DNA of 64,000 nucleotides from Eledone cirrhosa (lineage: Eukaryota), in the NCBI GenBank assembly GCA_964016885.1, contig OZ024746.1, positions 78,554,001 through 78,618,000 on the forward strand, given 5' to 3'. How positions within the stretch are numbered: the first letter of the stretch is position 1; each line of letters begins with the position of its first letter. The notes below the pieces were generated by a model, which saw only the letters and a program-made list of their open reading frames with translations, searched no databases and was not told the DNA's origin. Positions 43,426-56,219 of this stretch are shown here, piece by piece. The position numbers were made by a program, and so were the translations under genes.

Positions 43426-43482
<57 letters not shown>

Positions 43483-43539
43483 GAGAGACTGCAAACAAGG
43501 AAACCAATATATGTATATGCTAGCGTGCAAAATGGACGA

Positions 43540-43586
43540 TGATATATATATATATATATATACACATACATATATATCTATCTCTC

Positions 43587-43667
<81 letters not shown>

Positions 43668-43736
43668 GTGTGTGTGTGTATATGTATGTATATATATGTA
43701 TATGTATATATATATATATGTGTGTATGTATATATA

Positions 43737-43814
<78 letters not shown>

Positions 43815-44095
43815 ATATATAAATATATGTATATGTACATATATAAATATATGTATATACATATATATATATATATCTATATATATATATATATATATAT
43901 ACATATATACATATATAAATATACATATATATATATACATATATACATATATAAATATACATATATATATATACATATATACATATATATATATACATAC
44001 ATATATATGTATATATATGTACATATATATATATGTACATATATATATATATGTATATATGTATACATATATATATATATATACATATATATATA

Positions 44096-44145
<50 letters not shown>

Positions 44146-44153
44146 CATATATA

Positions 44154-44201
<48 letters not shown>

Positions 44202-44249
44202 CATACATACATATATATGTACATATATATATACATATATATATATACA

Positions 44250-44293
<44 letters not shown>
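43540..44293. repeat. (TA)n/(CA)n microsatellite block
   Basis: Direct reading. Confidence 0.9.
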
Positions 44294-44295
<2 letters not shown>

Positions 44296-45129
44296 AAGGA
44301 GAAGGCAGATGAGGAGGAAGGGGTGCAGGAGGTTAAGGCAATCTGTTTTGTAACTACTGTAGAAGCGGAGAGAAGAAATCTTGTCTGTAACATTGAGGTG
44401 GTGAGTGTTTGAGTATTTCCATTACTGTTTGAGTGATGTCTTTCCTGGCTCTGGCTTCCAGTTCCTTTGTTAACTGCTGTAAAAGAAGACTAAATGATAT
44501 TGGCAAAATACAATTAGCTTTCGTTGCCTTCCTCATCCACCACCACTGCCACCACCACCTCTGCCACTGCCTCCTGTTGTCTCAATATGTTGTATCTATA
44601 TCTCATCCTCTGGATTGGATTGGACCACTAGAGTGGTGTGCGGTGTGCGGTGGGCGGGGTGTAGGGTGGTTGGGGACCCTGCCACACTACACTACACTAC
44701 ACTACACTACACTACACTACTTACAATCTCTCACTAACCGACTGCTTCGCGTATGAATTATTGTCCTCCTTCTCATCGCCACCATCATCATCATCATCAT
44801 CATCATCATCGTCATCGTCATCGTCATCATTCGCATTGTCAGCATCCCTCTCTCTCCTTCTTCCTCTCGCCATTACCACCACTGCCATTACTAACAATGG
44901 CACACACCATCTCCACTGTCGCCACCAGCACAATGCCATCATCGCCACCACTACCACCAACCAACAACAACAACAACACACCACCACCACCACCATCACT
45001 ATCATCACTATCATCACCTCCATCACCACCACCAACACTGGCTACCTGCTATCTACCATTAAATAGATTCAAAAGATCTTGGCTGGATGTGACAGATAGA
45101 CAATCTGGAGAAAGGAGAGAGCTGGCAAG

Positions 45130-45688
45130 AGAAAGATTGAGAGAGAGATTCAGAAAGGTTGAGAGAGAGATTCAGAGAGATTCAGAGAGATTGAGAGAGA
45201 GATTCAGAGAGATTGAGAGAGAGTTTCAGAAAGATTGAAAGAGAATTTCAGAAAGATTGAGAGAGAGTTTCAGAGAGATTGAGAGAGAGTTTCAGAAAGA
45301 TTGAGAGAGAGTTTCAGAAAGATTGAGAGAGAGTTTCAGAAAGATTGAGAGAGAGTTTCAGAAAGATTGAGAGAGAGTTTCAGAGAGATTGAGAGAGAGA
45401 GTTTCAGAAAGATTGAGAGAGAGTTTCAGAAAGATTGAGAGAGAGTTTCAGAAAGATTGAGAGAGAGTTTCAGAAAGATTGAGAGAGAGTTTCAGAGAGA
45501 TTGAGAGAGAGAGTTTCAGAAAGATTGAGAGAGAGTTTCAGAAAGATTGAGAGAGAGTTTCAGAAAGATTGAGAGAGAGTTTCAGAAAGATTGAGAGAGA
45601 GTTTCAGAGAGATTGAGAGAGAGAGTTTCAGAAAGATTGAGAGAGAGTTTCAGAGAGATTGAGAAAGAGAAAGAGAGATAGATAGAGA
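45130..45688. repeat. 22-bp minisatellite gagagagtttcagaaagattga
   Basis: ~24 tandem units. Confidence 0.95.
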
Positions 45689-46594
45689 TGATGATCTGTT
45701 TAGGGAAAGACTGGGGACTGGCTTTTCAGACAATTATTTTCATCCACATTCCACAAAGGTTGGAATAAAGCAAACCTCAGTTCTCGGAAAAGGCATGAAA
45801 AAAAGAAAGAAAGAGCCAGACAAAGAGTGCAGAACTGGTATCAGAGAATAGTAACAACAATAACAACAACAGCAGCAACTGAAAATAGCGTCAACGGAAA
45901 CCTATTGTGAAAGTACTGTTGAAATGGTTGATCACTTACAGATTGCTGTTTCAAAGACAGACAGATCGATGGACAACAGCGACAACAGAGACAAGCACAA
46001 TGACAAAGACAACGACAATAATGACAAGAATAAAGTAGAGAGGACCTATTGTAAAAGTACAGACACGGCTGTTGGAATGGTTCATCACTTTAAGATTAGC
46101 TGATTCTTTCTTCATTTCACTTCACCTTCCATATCAACCATCTTTTATATCCAACTTTTCCCCTCACTAACCTACTTCAATTCTACCTTGGTTCTTCATC
46201 ACCATCAGCATCAGCATCCTCATCATCTACACTATTTTATCATTACGTACTTACTTCTCTCTGTCTCTGTGTCTGTCCATTCATCTTTCTCTCTCTTTCG
46301 TTCTCTCTATCTCTCTCTCTCTCTCTTTCTTTCTCTCTCTCTCACTCTCTCTCTATTTAGCTATCTATCTCCATATATGTAACTCTCTCTATTTATCTTT
46401 GTAGCTATCTCTCTCTCTCTATCTCTCTATATGTAATTATCTGTCTATCTACCCATTTATCCTCTATTTGGATCACCTTCCCTTATAGGAACGACAAATT
46501 CTCTGACCCCAGTCTCCTCTTTTTTTTCTTTTCTCCTAACTTCATTCCTTATATATATATATATATGGAGTAGGCCTTCCATTGGGTTATATTA

Positions 46595-46636
<42 letters not shown>

Positions 46637-47695
46637 GCACATACACTCACAAATGTATGTGCAGGTGTGTATTGTTTACTTGACTGAAGTGATAGAGTAT
46701 CCATTTTCCAGATGAAGTTCTTGAGACAATCTCCTATATTAAAAGACAATTCAGGCATTGGCTATGGAGTACATTCTTTTTTGGAGTGGTTTGCTGTCAC
46801 AATCAATCTGAGTTTATGTACTGAGAGTTAGTGAAATCATGGATCCAAGTTATTCAGTTTTGAGGTGTTCTGATAAATGGCTTATTATTAACAAGAGAGA
46901 AGCTATGAGAGGCATGATCTGGCTAGAACTTGCACTTAACTGATCTATCTTATTGCTTCAACCAATTGGAGCGGCAACTGGTGCTTTCTCTACTTCTTGA
47001 CCTTTTCTTGCTAAACTACGACAAGAAATTCCAGTTTGAATAACTTTATGAGAAAGGAAGCCAAATACTTATACTTCTCTATCTAGTCTACCACAAGTTG
47101 TCAGTTAACACCTCATTGTAGACCATGAGTTATATACCTTCACTGTTACCCATGCCAAAACTAACCCATACCAAAACTAACCACGAGTTTATTAAAACAA
47201 AAACCACCCATTAAGAGTTCTTTACTTATATTAAAATCTTGCAGCATAATTTTATATCAGAACCATATGTTAAATTATTATCTTAGTAATGAAATAATTA
47301 ATAAATTTAATAAATCACATAAAAGATTTTTTTTTTTTGTTAATTAATTGTATTTCTTTGGAAATATGTTTATGGGTGGGCTAAGAATTTTATGTAGCTA
47401 ATTAGTATTTTGGATCACATTATTTCACAGTGTTTGTTATCATTGTTATTACAATTGATCTGCTTTCGTGTTGGTATGGGTTGGACAGGTCATTGCAGCT
47501 TAAGTCAATTCTCATTCAGAGCAATTGCTCTCCTTGTTGGGTTGTATATCACATCTCACTGGTACATTTTATTTTTGGTATGGCTGTTTCAATATGTATC
47601 TGTGGACTACACACTGCCTAGTGTGAATTTCTATTCTCCTCATCATTCTCCCTCCTTCCTCATCACCACTGCCACTATTTACCTACTATCTACTA

Positions 47696-47905
47696 TTAAC
47701 TCCTCTTAACATCCTGTCTTGCATGAAGCTGCATTAGCAAGGCATTCTTGAAAAATACAAAACAGTTCTTACGACTGCATCACATTAAAAATTTTAACCT
47801 TTGCTTTAGTTTACACAAATTTTCACAACTGTCCTCTGGAAAAAGTACTGAAATCATTTGAATTAACAAACCAGTTTGTTTTGATATTTTCAGCAAAACA
47901 TTAAG
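47696..47905. mobile_element. TTAA-type MITE copy abutting a mariner insertion
   Basis: Homologous to 48560-48791. Confidence 0.65.
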
Positions 47906-48146
47906 TATTGGGTCGGACAGTAAATTCCTGCCGTCTTTTAAAAGGAAGTATTTTAGTAGAGTTTTCTGGAAATGTTGACAGAATTCTTTGCATTAAAACC
48001 AAACGAATTCTACAGGGATGGAATCACGTGCCTTCCTAAACGATGGCAGACCGTAATCACAAATGTTGCCGATTATTTTGATTTGTAAAATTTTCCTAAT
48101 TTTAAAAAATGATAAAGTCAATAAAATCTTTCTGTCCAATCCAATA
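47906..48146 (+). mobile_element. Internally deleted mariner transposon
   Basis: TA-ttgggtcggacag ... ctgtccaatccaa-TA termini; encodes EFFALKPNEFYRDGITCLPKRWQTVITNVADYFDL* (mariner transposase C-terminus). Confidence 0.85.
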
Positions 48147-48189
48147 GATTCAATAGAATTTAACAATGTTTTTTAATCTTCTTTTGTAG

Positions 48190-48257
48190 ATATTTCCTTT
48201 GAAAAAATCACAGACTTTGTCAGTAAATGGAAAGGAATATGGAAAAGCAAAGGATGA
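48190..48257 (+). CDS. SMG5: Terminal coding exon of SMG5-like gene
   Basis: Acceptor ttttaatcttcttttgtag; in frame with previous exon gives DISFEKITDFVSKWKGIWKSKG*, resembling SMG5 C-terminus VDIKNVLDFYKQWKEIG*. Confidence 0.75.
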
Positions 48258-48559
48258 GGTTTTCTGCCAAACATACAGAATGGTGAAATTAAAACAAAGA
48301 ACTACTATTGGTGCCAGATGATTCTTAAGTAATTTCTATAGCTGGCATATTTGAGTGTGTTTTTGCCTGCTATCTCTATTGATACTAATGCATCGGTACA
48401 GACGCATATTAATAACTGTTTGCAAATATATCGTAATTATAAAGGAAGGCAACAGGAACAACAGTGACCAACAATGAGTGACAGCATTGTAGAGAGGCAG
48501 TCATCATTATTACCAGGAGCTCCACCACCAACAATACCAGTGGGGTCAACCGTCATAAC

Positions 48560-48791
48560 TTAACTCTTAACGTCCTGTACCACATGAAACCCACAATAGC
48601 AAGACATTCTTTAAATGTACAAAACAGCACTATGACTACATTTACATTAAAAACAATTCAAGTCTTTACTTTAGTTTACAGCAAAATTTTACAACAATCT
48701 GTCCACCAGTAAAGATACTATAATCATTTGAATTAACAAACCTGCTTTTAGATATTTTCTGCTAAATCATAAACAAGATGTTAAGAGTTAA
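48560..48791. mobile_element. TTAA-type MITE
   Basis: ttaa-ctcttaacgtcctg ... caagatgttaagag-ttaa. Confidence 0.75.
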
Positions 48792-49734
48792 ATATACAAA
48801 AACCAAGAAAAAAAATGACATCAAGAATAACAATAGCAACAACTACAACAGCAATTGAAACAAAGACAAGCAGGAGAAAGGAAAGGAGCACCACCACCAA
48901 CAAGCAGTTCCTTGTGAAGCAGCATTGGTTTTTAAAAGAGACAATAACCAAATTGTCTTTGTCAATATTACATCTTACCTATACTTACTTCGTAATTGAT
49001 ATTGTTTTTGTTTTGTCCTTCAATCAAAAATAGTAAAAAAAAAAATTTAAAAAAAATTAAAAGAGCAAAAACTGTTGGTCAAAATTTTTTTTCTATTTAA
49101 AGCAATGAAGAAAACATTTTCCTTGATGAATCTGCATTAATTTTAAAAAATAGACTAATTTAAAAAAATACGTGTGGCCAATTCTGACTAACAGCGAGTG
49201 TAAAAACTTTGGGTGTGTCCATGCTACTGCCACTTCTCCTGAATGTGACTCCCACCCAACACCTTCCCCCTTCCCTCCACTCCAACTACACCCCTCCTAC
49301 CACAATATGACCTGGCCGAACACCTCCATTCCTCCCCTCTTTCTCTCTCCCCTCCACTTCAGATATCAGGCCCCCCCATCACACCACACACACACCACCA
49401 CCCTAGCTTGTTTGGGCCCCTTTTTACCCCCCAACCAGTCACTTCTAACACCACATGTAATAACAACAGCACTGGAATGTTTATTATTATGGAAGAACCC
49501 AACACCCCTGTTTTATTTTTTGTATGTTTCCCAGACTGGCAGCACCAAAGAAAAAGCAAAAAAAAAAAAATTTACAACAAAACATTACCACAAAAATACG
49601 TAGACAAATAAGAGATATCCCAGCAACAGTTCATCAACAAAGCTGTTTTGGGTGTTGTAGACTCTCTCTTTCTCTTCTCTCTCTCCCCTATCTCTCTTCT
49701 CTTTCTCTCTCTCCCCTATCTCACTCTCTTTCTT

Positions 49735-49765
<31 letters not shown>

Positions 49766-50164
49766 TGAAATTGGAGAAAAAAAGAATTAAGTGACTATCA
49801 AAAAGAACAAATTAAATATTAACCTCAACACAAACAAAAGAATGACACAAATACAAAAGAAAAAAACATAAAAAATATCAAAAACAAAAAAAAACACACA
49901 AAAAGAAATAAACAAAACAAAAAAAAAATAACTCCCTCCACTCCCAACCCCTATTCTCGAAGTTATAATTTTTTTATTTTTTTATTTTATTATTGTATAT
50001 CACAGTTTATTGCATCATCACCACCACATACATATACACTCTTTAATGATTTATACTTATGCATTTTTTACATACATACATACATACATGTTTACATTCA
50101 TATATGTATATATGAATATATGCAAAACACTTTGATATATGAAGTTATCTGCATATATACATAT

Positions 50165-50276
<112 letters not shown>

Positions 50277-50433
50277 GTGATACACCTATATTCATATATA
50301 CATGCATATACATACATTTATATATGAATGTTCATATATACATGGACGTATATACATACGTACATATATACATACATATATTCATACATACATACATACA
50401 TATATATACATATATATATATATAATATCTAAA

Positions 50434-50617
50434 ATAGAAATGGCTTCTACAGGAATAGAACTGTTTCATTCGAAAGAAATCATCAGGCTTTCCTGATGAT
50501 TTCCTTCAAATTAAACAGTTCTAGTCCTGTAGAAGCCATTTCTATATTAAATATTATATATTCTCTACTATGTATTGAGTACCTTACTTACTGTGGTTAC
50601 CCTCGATTGAACCCAGG

Positions 50618-50620
<3 letters not shown>
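50434..50620 (+). mobile_element. Family E element with fold-back palindrome (50434-50545) carrying two divergent HHR motifs
   Basis: Consensus ggctttc-CTGATGA-t ttc cttc gaa t-GAAA-cag ttctagtc ctg-TA/gaagcc. Confidence 0.8.
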
Positions 50621-50664
<44 letters not shown>

Positions 50665-50774
50665 CTCGGAGTATCGTTATTTTCCCAATGAAACTGCAGT
50701 AGGGACATTAAAGTGAGTAAGTAAAGATTTTTTTCTTAACTTTTTTGCTTTTCCCATATTTGATTCTATATATA

Positions 50775-50812
<38 letters not shown>

Positions 50813-50877
50813 AAGTATTTCCGAAGAAAAAGCAAAGGAAAATAGAGTGCTCTATGTATAATACAGAGCTATTTAAT

Positions 50878-50923
<46 letters not shown>

Positions 50924-51087
50924 TATACTTGTGTATAATGGTAGCTATGGTGCTTCCATAGGCGGTATGCCAAAATTATCACTCAATATTCAACAGAGTA
51001 GAGTGTGTATAGTATAAAAAAAACGAAGTCCAGATGCATCACTGATTTTTCGTTTTTTTATACTATATATATATATGTATGTATATA

Positions 51088-51123
<36 letters not shown>

Positions 51124-51486
51124 TGTATGTATGTATGTATGTATGTATACAGGCATATGTGCATAGACAGTGGTGAAATACATGCATCCAAACAAACAAA
51201 CACTTGGCTATATGAAGGTGACTGCATATTTCTGCATAGAGCTGGTTAAAATATATACAATGATATATACATTTATTTGGAGCACCATATCACCCCCCCC
51301 CCCCCCTAACCCCCCCCCCCCTGCTTCCATTCAACATTATTGCTCTGGATACACCAATCTATATGTCCTCCTGATTTTTAGTGCCAATGTTTACCGTTTC
51401 TGGATGCCTAACACACCACTCCCCTCACCCACCCAAATACACAAACACACACACATTTACACACACCCCTGTGTACATAAACACAG

Positions 51487-51538
<52 letters not shown>

Positions 51539-51611
51539 GCGTACAGAGATACGCACACACACACACACATGCAGAAAGAATGGATTTTGTTTATTACATA
51601 TAATATATATA

Positions 51612-51656
<45 letters not shown>

Positions 51657-51660
<4 letters not shown>

Positions 51661-51868
51661 AGGGCTTCTACGGGACTAGAACTGTCTCATTCGAAAGAAA
51701 TCATAAGGAAAGCCAACTGTCATTGTATTGGCTTTCCTGGTGATTTCCTTCGAATGAAACAGTTCTAGTCCTGTAGAAGCCCTTTCTTTATTAAATTTAA
51801 TGTTTTCATTCTACTAATGTATTGAGTACCTTATTTACTGTAGTTACTGCCGATTGAACCAAGGACTC

Positions 51869-51871
<3 letters not shown>
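51657..51871 (+). mobile_element. Second family E element with fold-back palindrome (51657-51787)
   Basis: Same HHR consensus with core mutations (CTGGTGA; CTTATGA/GAGA); same 3' tail. Confidence 0.8.
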
Positions 51872-51915
<44 letters not shown>

Positions 51916-52317
51916 CATACATATATACACGTGTGTGTTGTGTAAACACATGCAACAATGAACTGTGTGCTCTATTTACACATATATTCAGTGATTGGTC
52001 CATGACATATAAATATTTACACATGCACTGTGTTAAATTTATCACAGATACAAACATGACCAAACCATGACACACACATATAGCAAACACACAGTATTAG
52101 ATGTTTTACACACACACACACACATATACAGACACACATTCACATACAGAATTACACAGCATGCCACATATATATATACACATACATATACATACATACA
52201 TACATATACACATACATATATATATATATATATACACACTTACATACATATATACATACTTACACATACATACATACATACATACATACTCTTACTTATA
52301 CAGACACACTCCAACTG

Positions 52318-52855
52318 GTGTGTTACAGTACCTGACAGGATATGTGACAGTACCTGATGGGATATGTGACAGTGTGTTACTAATAGTAACTGAGGTCTTT
52401 GACACAGGGATATGTGACAGTGTGTTACTAATAGTAACTGGGGTCGTTGACACAGGGATATGTGACAGTGTGTTACTAATAGTAACTGGGGTCATTGACA
52501 CAGGGATATGTGACAGTGTGTTACTAATAGTACTGGGGTCGTTGACACAGGGATATGTGACAGTGTGTTACTAATAGTAACTGGGGTCATTGACACAGGG
52601 ATATGTGACAGTGTGTTACTAATAGTAACAGGTATTTGACACAAGGATATGTGACAGTGTGTTACTAATAGTAACTGGGGTCATTGACACAGGGATATGT
52701 GACAGTGTGTTACTAATAGTACTGGGGTCGTTGACACAGGGATATGTGACAGTGTGTTACTAATAGTACTGGGGTCGTTGACACAGGGATATGTGACAGT
52801 GTGTTACTAATAGTACTGGGGTCGTTGACACAGGGATATGTGACAGTGTGTTACA
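52318..52855. repeat. 47-48 bp minisatellite
   Basis: gacacagggatatgtgacagtgtgttactaatagtaactggggtcatt x ~11. Confidence 0.95.
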
Positions 52856-53209
52856 ATGGCTGGTATTGAAGATTTTACCATTTCTTCGGATTGGCAGGAT
52901 TCTGGAAAGTTCTTCCTGGTCAAAGCAGGATTTTTGTTGTTGTTCTTAATATTATAGTGTCTTGTCTGTCATTTCTATCCTCTCTCCCCCCCCCTCTCTC
53001 ACCTACCTACATATAGTGCTTACTTCATCTCTCTCTATCTATCTATCTATCCATTTATCTTCCCCCCCCCCCTCTCTTCCATTTACACTGCTTACTTTAT
53101 CTCTCTCCCTCCCCACTTCTATCTCCCACCGATCTATATTGCTTACTTTGCCCCTCTCCCACCTACATACATTGCTTATTTCATCCCTCTCTCTCTGTAT
53201 ATATATAAG

Positions 53210-53460
53210 CAGAAGGGGTATTCAATTTGTTGGTAATTCAACAAATATAAATGTTTATAACTGATTCAGAGCACTCAACAGTTTTTCTAGAGTATAATAT
53301 CAATGATATTAAATAAATGGAAACTATATTTATAAAACCATATTTATTCTATTATATACATTTCAAGGGTACCAAAAATAAAACACACTTCGTATTTTAT
53401 CGGTACCCTTGAAATATATATAATAGAATAAATATAGTTTCCATTTATTTAATATCATTG
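53210..53460 (-). mobile_element. Family A element folded back at HHR stem II
   Basis: Palindrome 53301-53460 centred on aagggtacc...ggtaccctt-GAAA-tatata-TA. Confidence 0.75.
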
Positions 53461-53526
53461 TATATATATATTACATGTATTGCTTACTTCACCATCTTCC
53501 CTCTCCCACTTACATACATTGCTTAT

Positions 53527-53578
<52 letters not shown>

Positions 53579-53911
53579 CCTTGCTTACTTTCTCTCTCTC
53601 CCTTTCTCTATACCTTGCTTACTTTCTCTCTCTCCCACCCTCCATACATTGCTTACTTTCTCTATCTCCCTCTCTCCCACCATCCATGTATGTACTACTA
53701 GATTAATTATGTTATCATTTGCTGCATAATATTTTTGTTGTTCTAGTTAACGAATTGCTTTGCAATTAATATATTATAATATAACACTGTCAAGAATTTG
53801 GTAGTCCACCTGCACCGTCATTAATCATATGACCCCTCTCCTCCCCCTCTCCCCCCTCTCTCTTATATATATATATAATATATATATACACATATATATA
53901 TATATATATTA

Positions 53912-53959
<48 letters not shown>

Positions 53960-54084
53960 TTTACACAGATAAGCGATACAGTAGGATTTATTTCTAGCAT
54001 TTCCTACCATATGCTGAAACAGTCCTTGATGAAGGTTACTCTAACTCTGAACTAGGGAAACCGGAAATGTTATCTCATATACTT

Positions 54085-54151
<67 letters not shown>

Positions 54152-54269
54152 CATACATACATATATGTGTTTGTGCATAGAACAATGAAAAAAGACAGAA
54201 GTCAGACGTAGGTAGTTAATTAGTTCATTGTTTTACGGTCGTTTCAGAGGGTCAATATATATATATATA

Positions 54270-54489
54270 TAGTGGTAGAACACTGGAAGGTAATATCCGC
54301 AGTGGTAGAGCAATCAGTCCATGGGACGAGTTAGGTAGAAGTGGTTACACAACAGTTAGTTCACCATAGCGAGAGCAATTGTTTCACCTTAGCGGATCCT
54401 CAGCTCGTAATCGATTACGAACTGAGGATCCGCTAAGCTGAAACAATTGTTCTCGCTATGGTGAACTAACTGTTGTGTAACCACTTCTA
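54270..54489 (-). mobile_element. Family F element with fold-back palindrome (54336-54489) carrying two HHR motifs
   Basis: Consensus cgag-CTGAGGA-t cc gctaa gg t-GAAA-caattg-TT/ctcg. Confidence 0.78.
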
Positions 54490-54632
54490 TATATATATAT
54501 ATATGTAGGAGGTGAGTTTTATTGTAGTACAATAAAGCAATGCAGATATCGGATAAGAAGCACTCTACAGTTTGTAGGACTGGAGTATACATAATATATA
54601 AGAACAAAAGATGGTTAAAAGAGTTCCATGTA

Positions 54633-54699
54633 TTTTATTATGCGCATTTCAAAAACAAATATCATCATGCAATAATATTTGTGTTTTCATCAGATAAAA
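54633..54699 (-). ncRNA. Type I hammerhead ribozyme (mirror copy)
   Basis: rc of 54823-54889. Confidence 0.8.
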
Positions 54700-54822
54700 C
54701 AGGAGGACATGATATGAAGGTTAAAAAAGACTTGTGGATAGTGCAGTTTTAAATCAACATATGTTGATTTAAAACTGCACTATCCACAAGTCTTTTTTTA
54801 ACCTTCATATCATGTCCTCCTG

Positions 54823-54889
54823 TTTTATCTGATGAAAACACAAATATTATTGCATGATGATATTTGTTTTTGAAATGCGCATAATAAAA
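54823..54889 (+). ncRNA. Type I hammerhead ribozyme with 16-bp stem II (family A-related)
   Basis: ttttat-CTGATGA-aaa c acaaatattatt gcat gatgatatttgt t ttt-GAAA-tgcgca-TA/ataaaa. Confidence 0.82.
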
Positions 54890-55131
54890 TACATGGAACT
54901 CTTTTAACCATCTTTTGTTCTTATATATTATATATATATATTGTTTATTACTGTGTTTCTTATCAGTAAGAGTTGTGTTGTGATGTATCATTGAGCAACA
55001 AGTGTATGCAGTTAAGAGCAATCTATGTGAGATATATCTACTCAGCAGAGTGGTGGCGATGAAATACCATGGAGTTTCCATGTATGAAATTAGTATTAAG
55101 ACATGTTACATAATCACATTTATTAGCTTCA

Positions 55132-55168
<37 letters not shown>

Positions 55169-55171
<3 letters not shown>

Positions 55172-55357
55172 GGGTCAGCTGAAAAGTTCATAGGCTAACC
55201 AAGATACTTTCATGGAATGATCAAATGAGGTTTATTTTTCAACATAGTCCCTGGAAAGAAACAATGCAGTTATTAATAAGAAAAATTGAAATTAATGCAT
55301 GCAAGATTTCATAGCCCTAGCATCATAGACAGCCTATGAACTTTTCAGTCTACCCTC

Positions 55358-55358
<1 letters not shown>
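55169..55358. mobile_element. Mariner-type MITE
   Basis: TIRs caagggtcagctgaaaagttcataggct / agcctatgaacttttcagtctaccctcg. Confidence 0.8.
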
Positions 55359-55397
<39 letters not shown>

Positions 55398-55484
55398 ATA
55401 ATAATTCATATAAATGTAGCAACCAAACATGTATGGTGTTCTGCAAAAGCACATCTGAACTCAAGTAAGTAAAGTGTTTTTCAT

Positions 55485-55713
55485 TTAACCCTTTAGCATT
55501 CGCATTACTCTATATATACTATTGTATTTTCACAGTAAAGGCTTTACCTCTCATAATTATCTCACATAATATCGTATCTATAAGATTTTGATATTATTTA
55601 TTTTGAGAACAATACCTTAACATCACTATGAGTAGCTGGCTGCAGCCGGTTTGAAGAGAAAGAGGTGAGAGAATTCTGGCTGGATATGGCCGGTTTAAAT
55701 GCTAAAGGGTTAA
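55485..55713. mobile_element. piggyBac-like MITE
   Basis: TTAA-ccctttagcatt ... aatgctaaaggg-TTAA. Confidence 0.85.
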
Positions 55714-55784
55714 AGTACTCAACAAATGATTAAATATTATCATCTAGTACTAAGCTGAAAAATGGTCTTACTACTAATTCCCCA

Positions 55785-55857
<73 letters not shown>

Positions 55858-56219
55858 GTAAATATTTGTGTTTTCTTTGTTAGAATTATTTGGGGGATTG
55901 TTTTTGCTTTTTGCCTGTGCCATTCTATATACTGAGGTATGTTGATGATTCCAGCAATAGTATTTATTAGTAATAGTATTGGTAGTGGTAGTAGTTGTAT
56001 TGGTAGTGGTGGGGGTGGTCATAGAATATTTTTTTCTGCTGTAAACAAACAACACTTAACAAAAAAACTTCAACACTGACACATACAGCTGCACACTATT
56101 AGACCAATATATGCATTATTCATATTTTTACCATTTGAAACATAATAAATATTCATGAGTATAAGAGAGTTATTGATGATAGGCGGAGTCAATACTCCCC
56201 CACCCCAACCCTTACAAAG

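Larger units (their letters stand above)
54591..54931. repeat. ~340-bp spacerless palindrome carrying two outward-facing HHRs
   Basis: Centre 54760/54761; one homopolymer indel between arms. Confidence 0.9.

Noticed and set aside
46712-46830. Alternative phase-compatible terminal exon (DEVLETISYIKRQF...)
   Set aside because: Much poorer match to SMG5 C-terminus than 48190-48257
52318-52855. Possible CRISPR-like array
   Set aside because: Head-to-tail 47-48 bp units without spacers
54030-54250. Partial HHR-like strings (ttgatgaaggtt...aaccggaaa; rc gaaacgaccgta)
   Set aside because: Incomplete cores and stems
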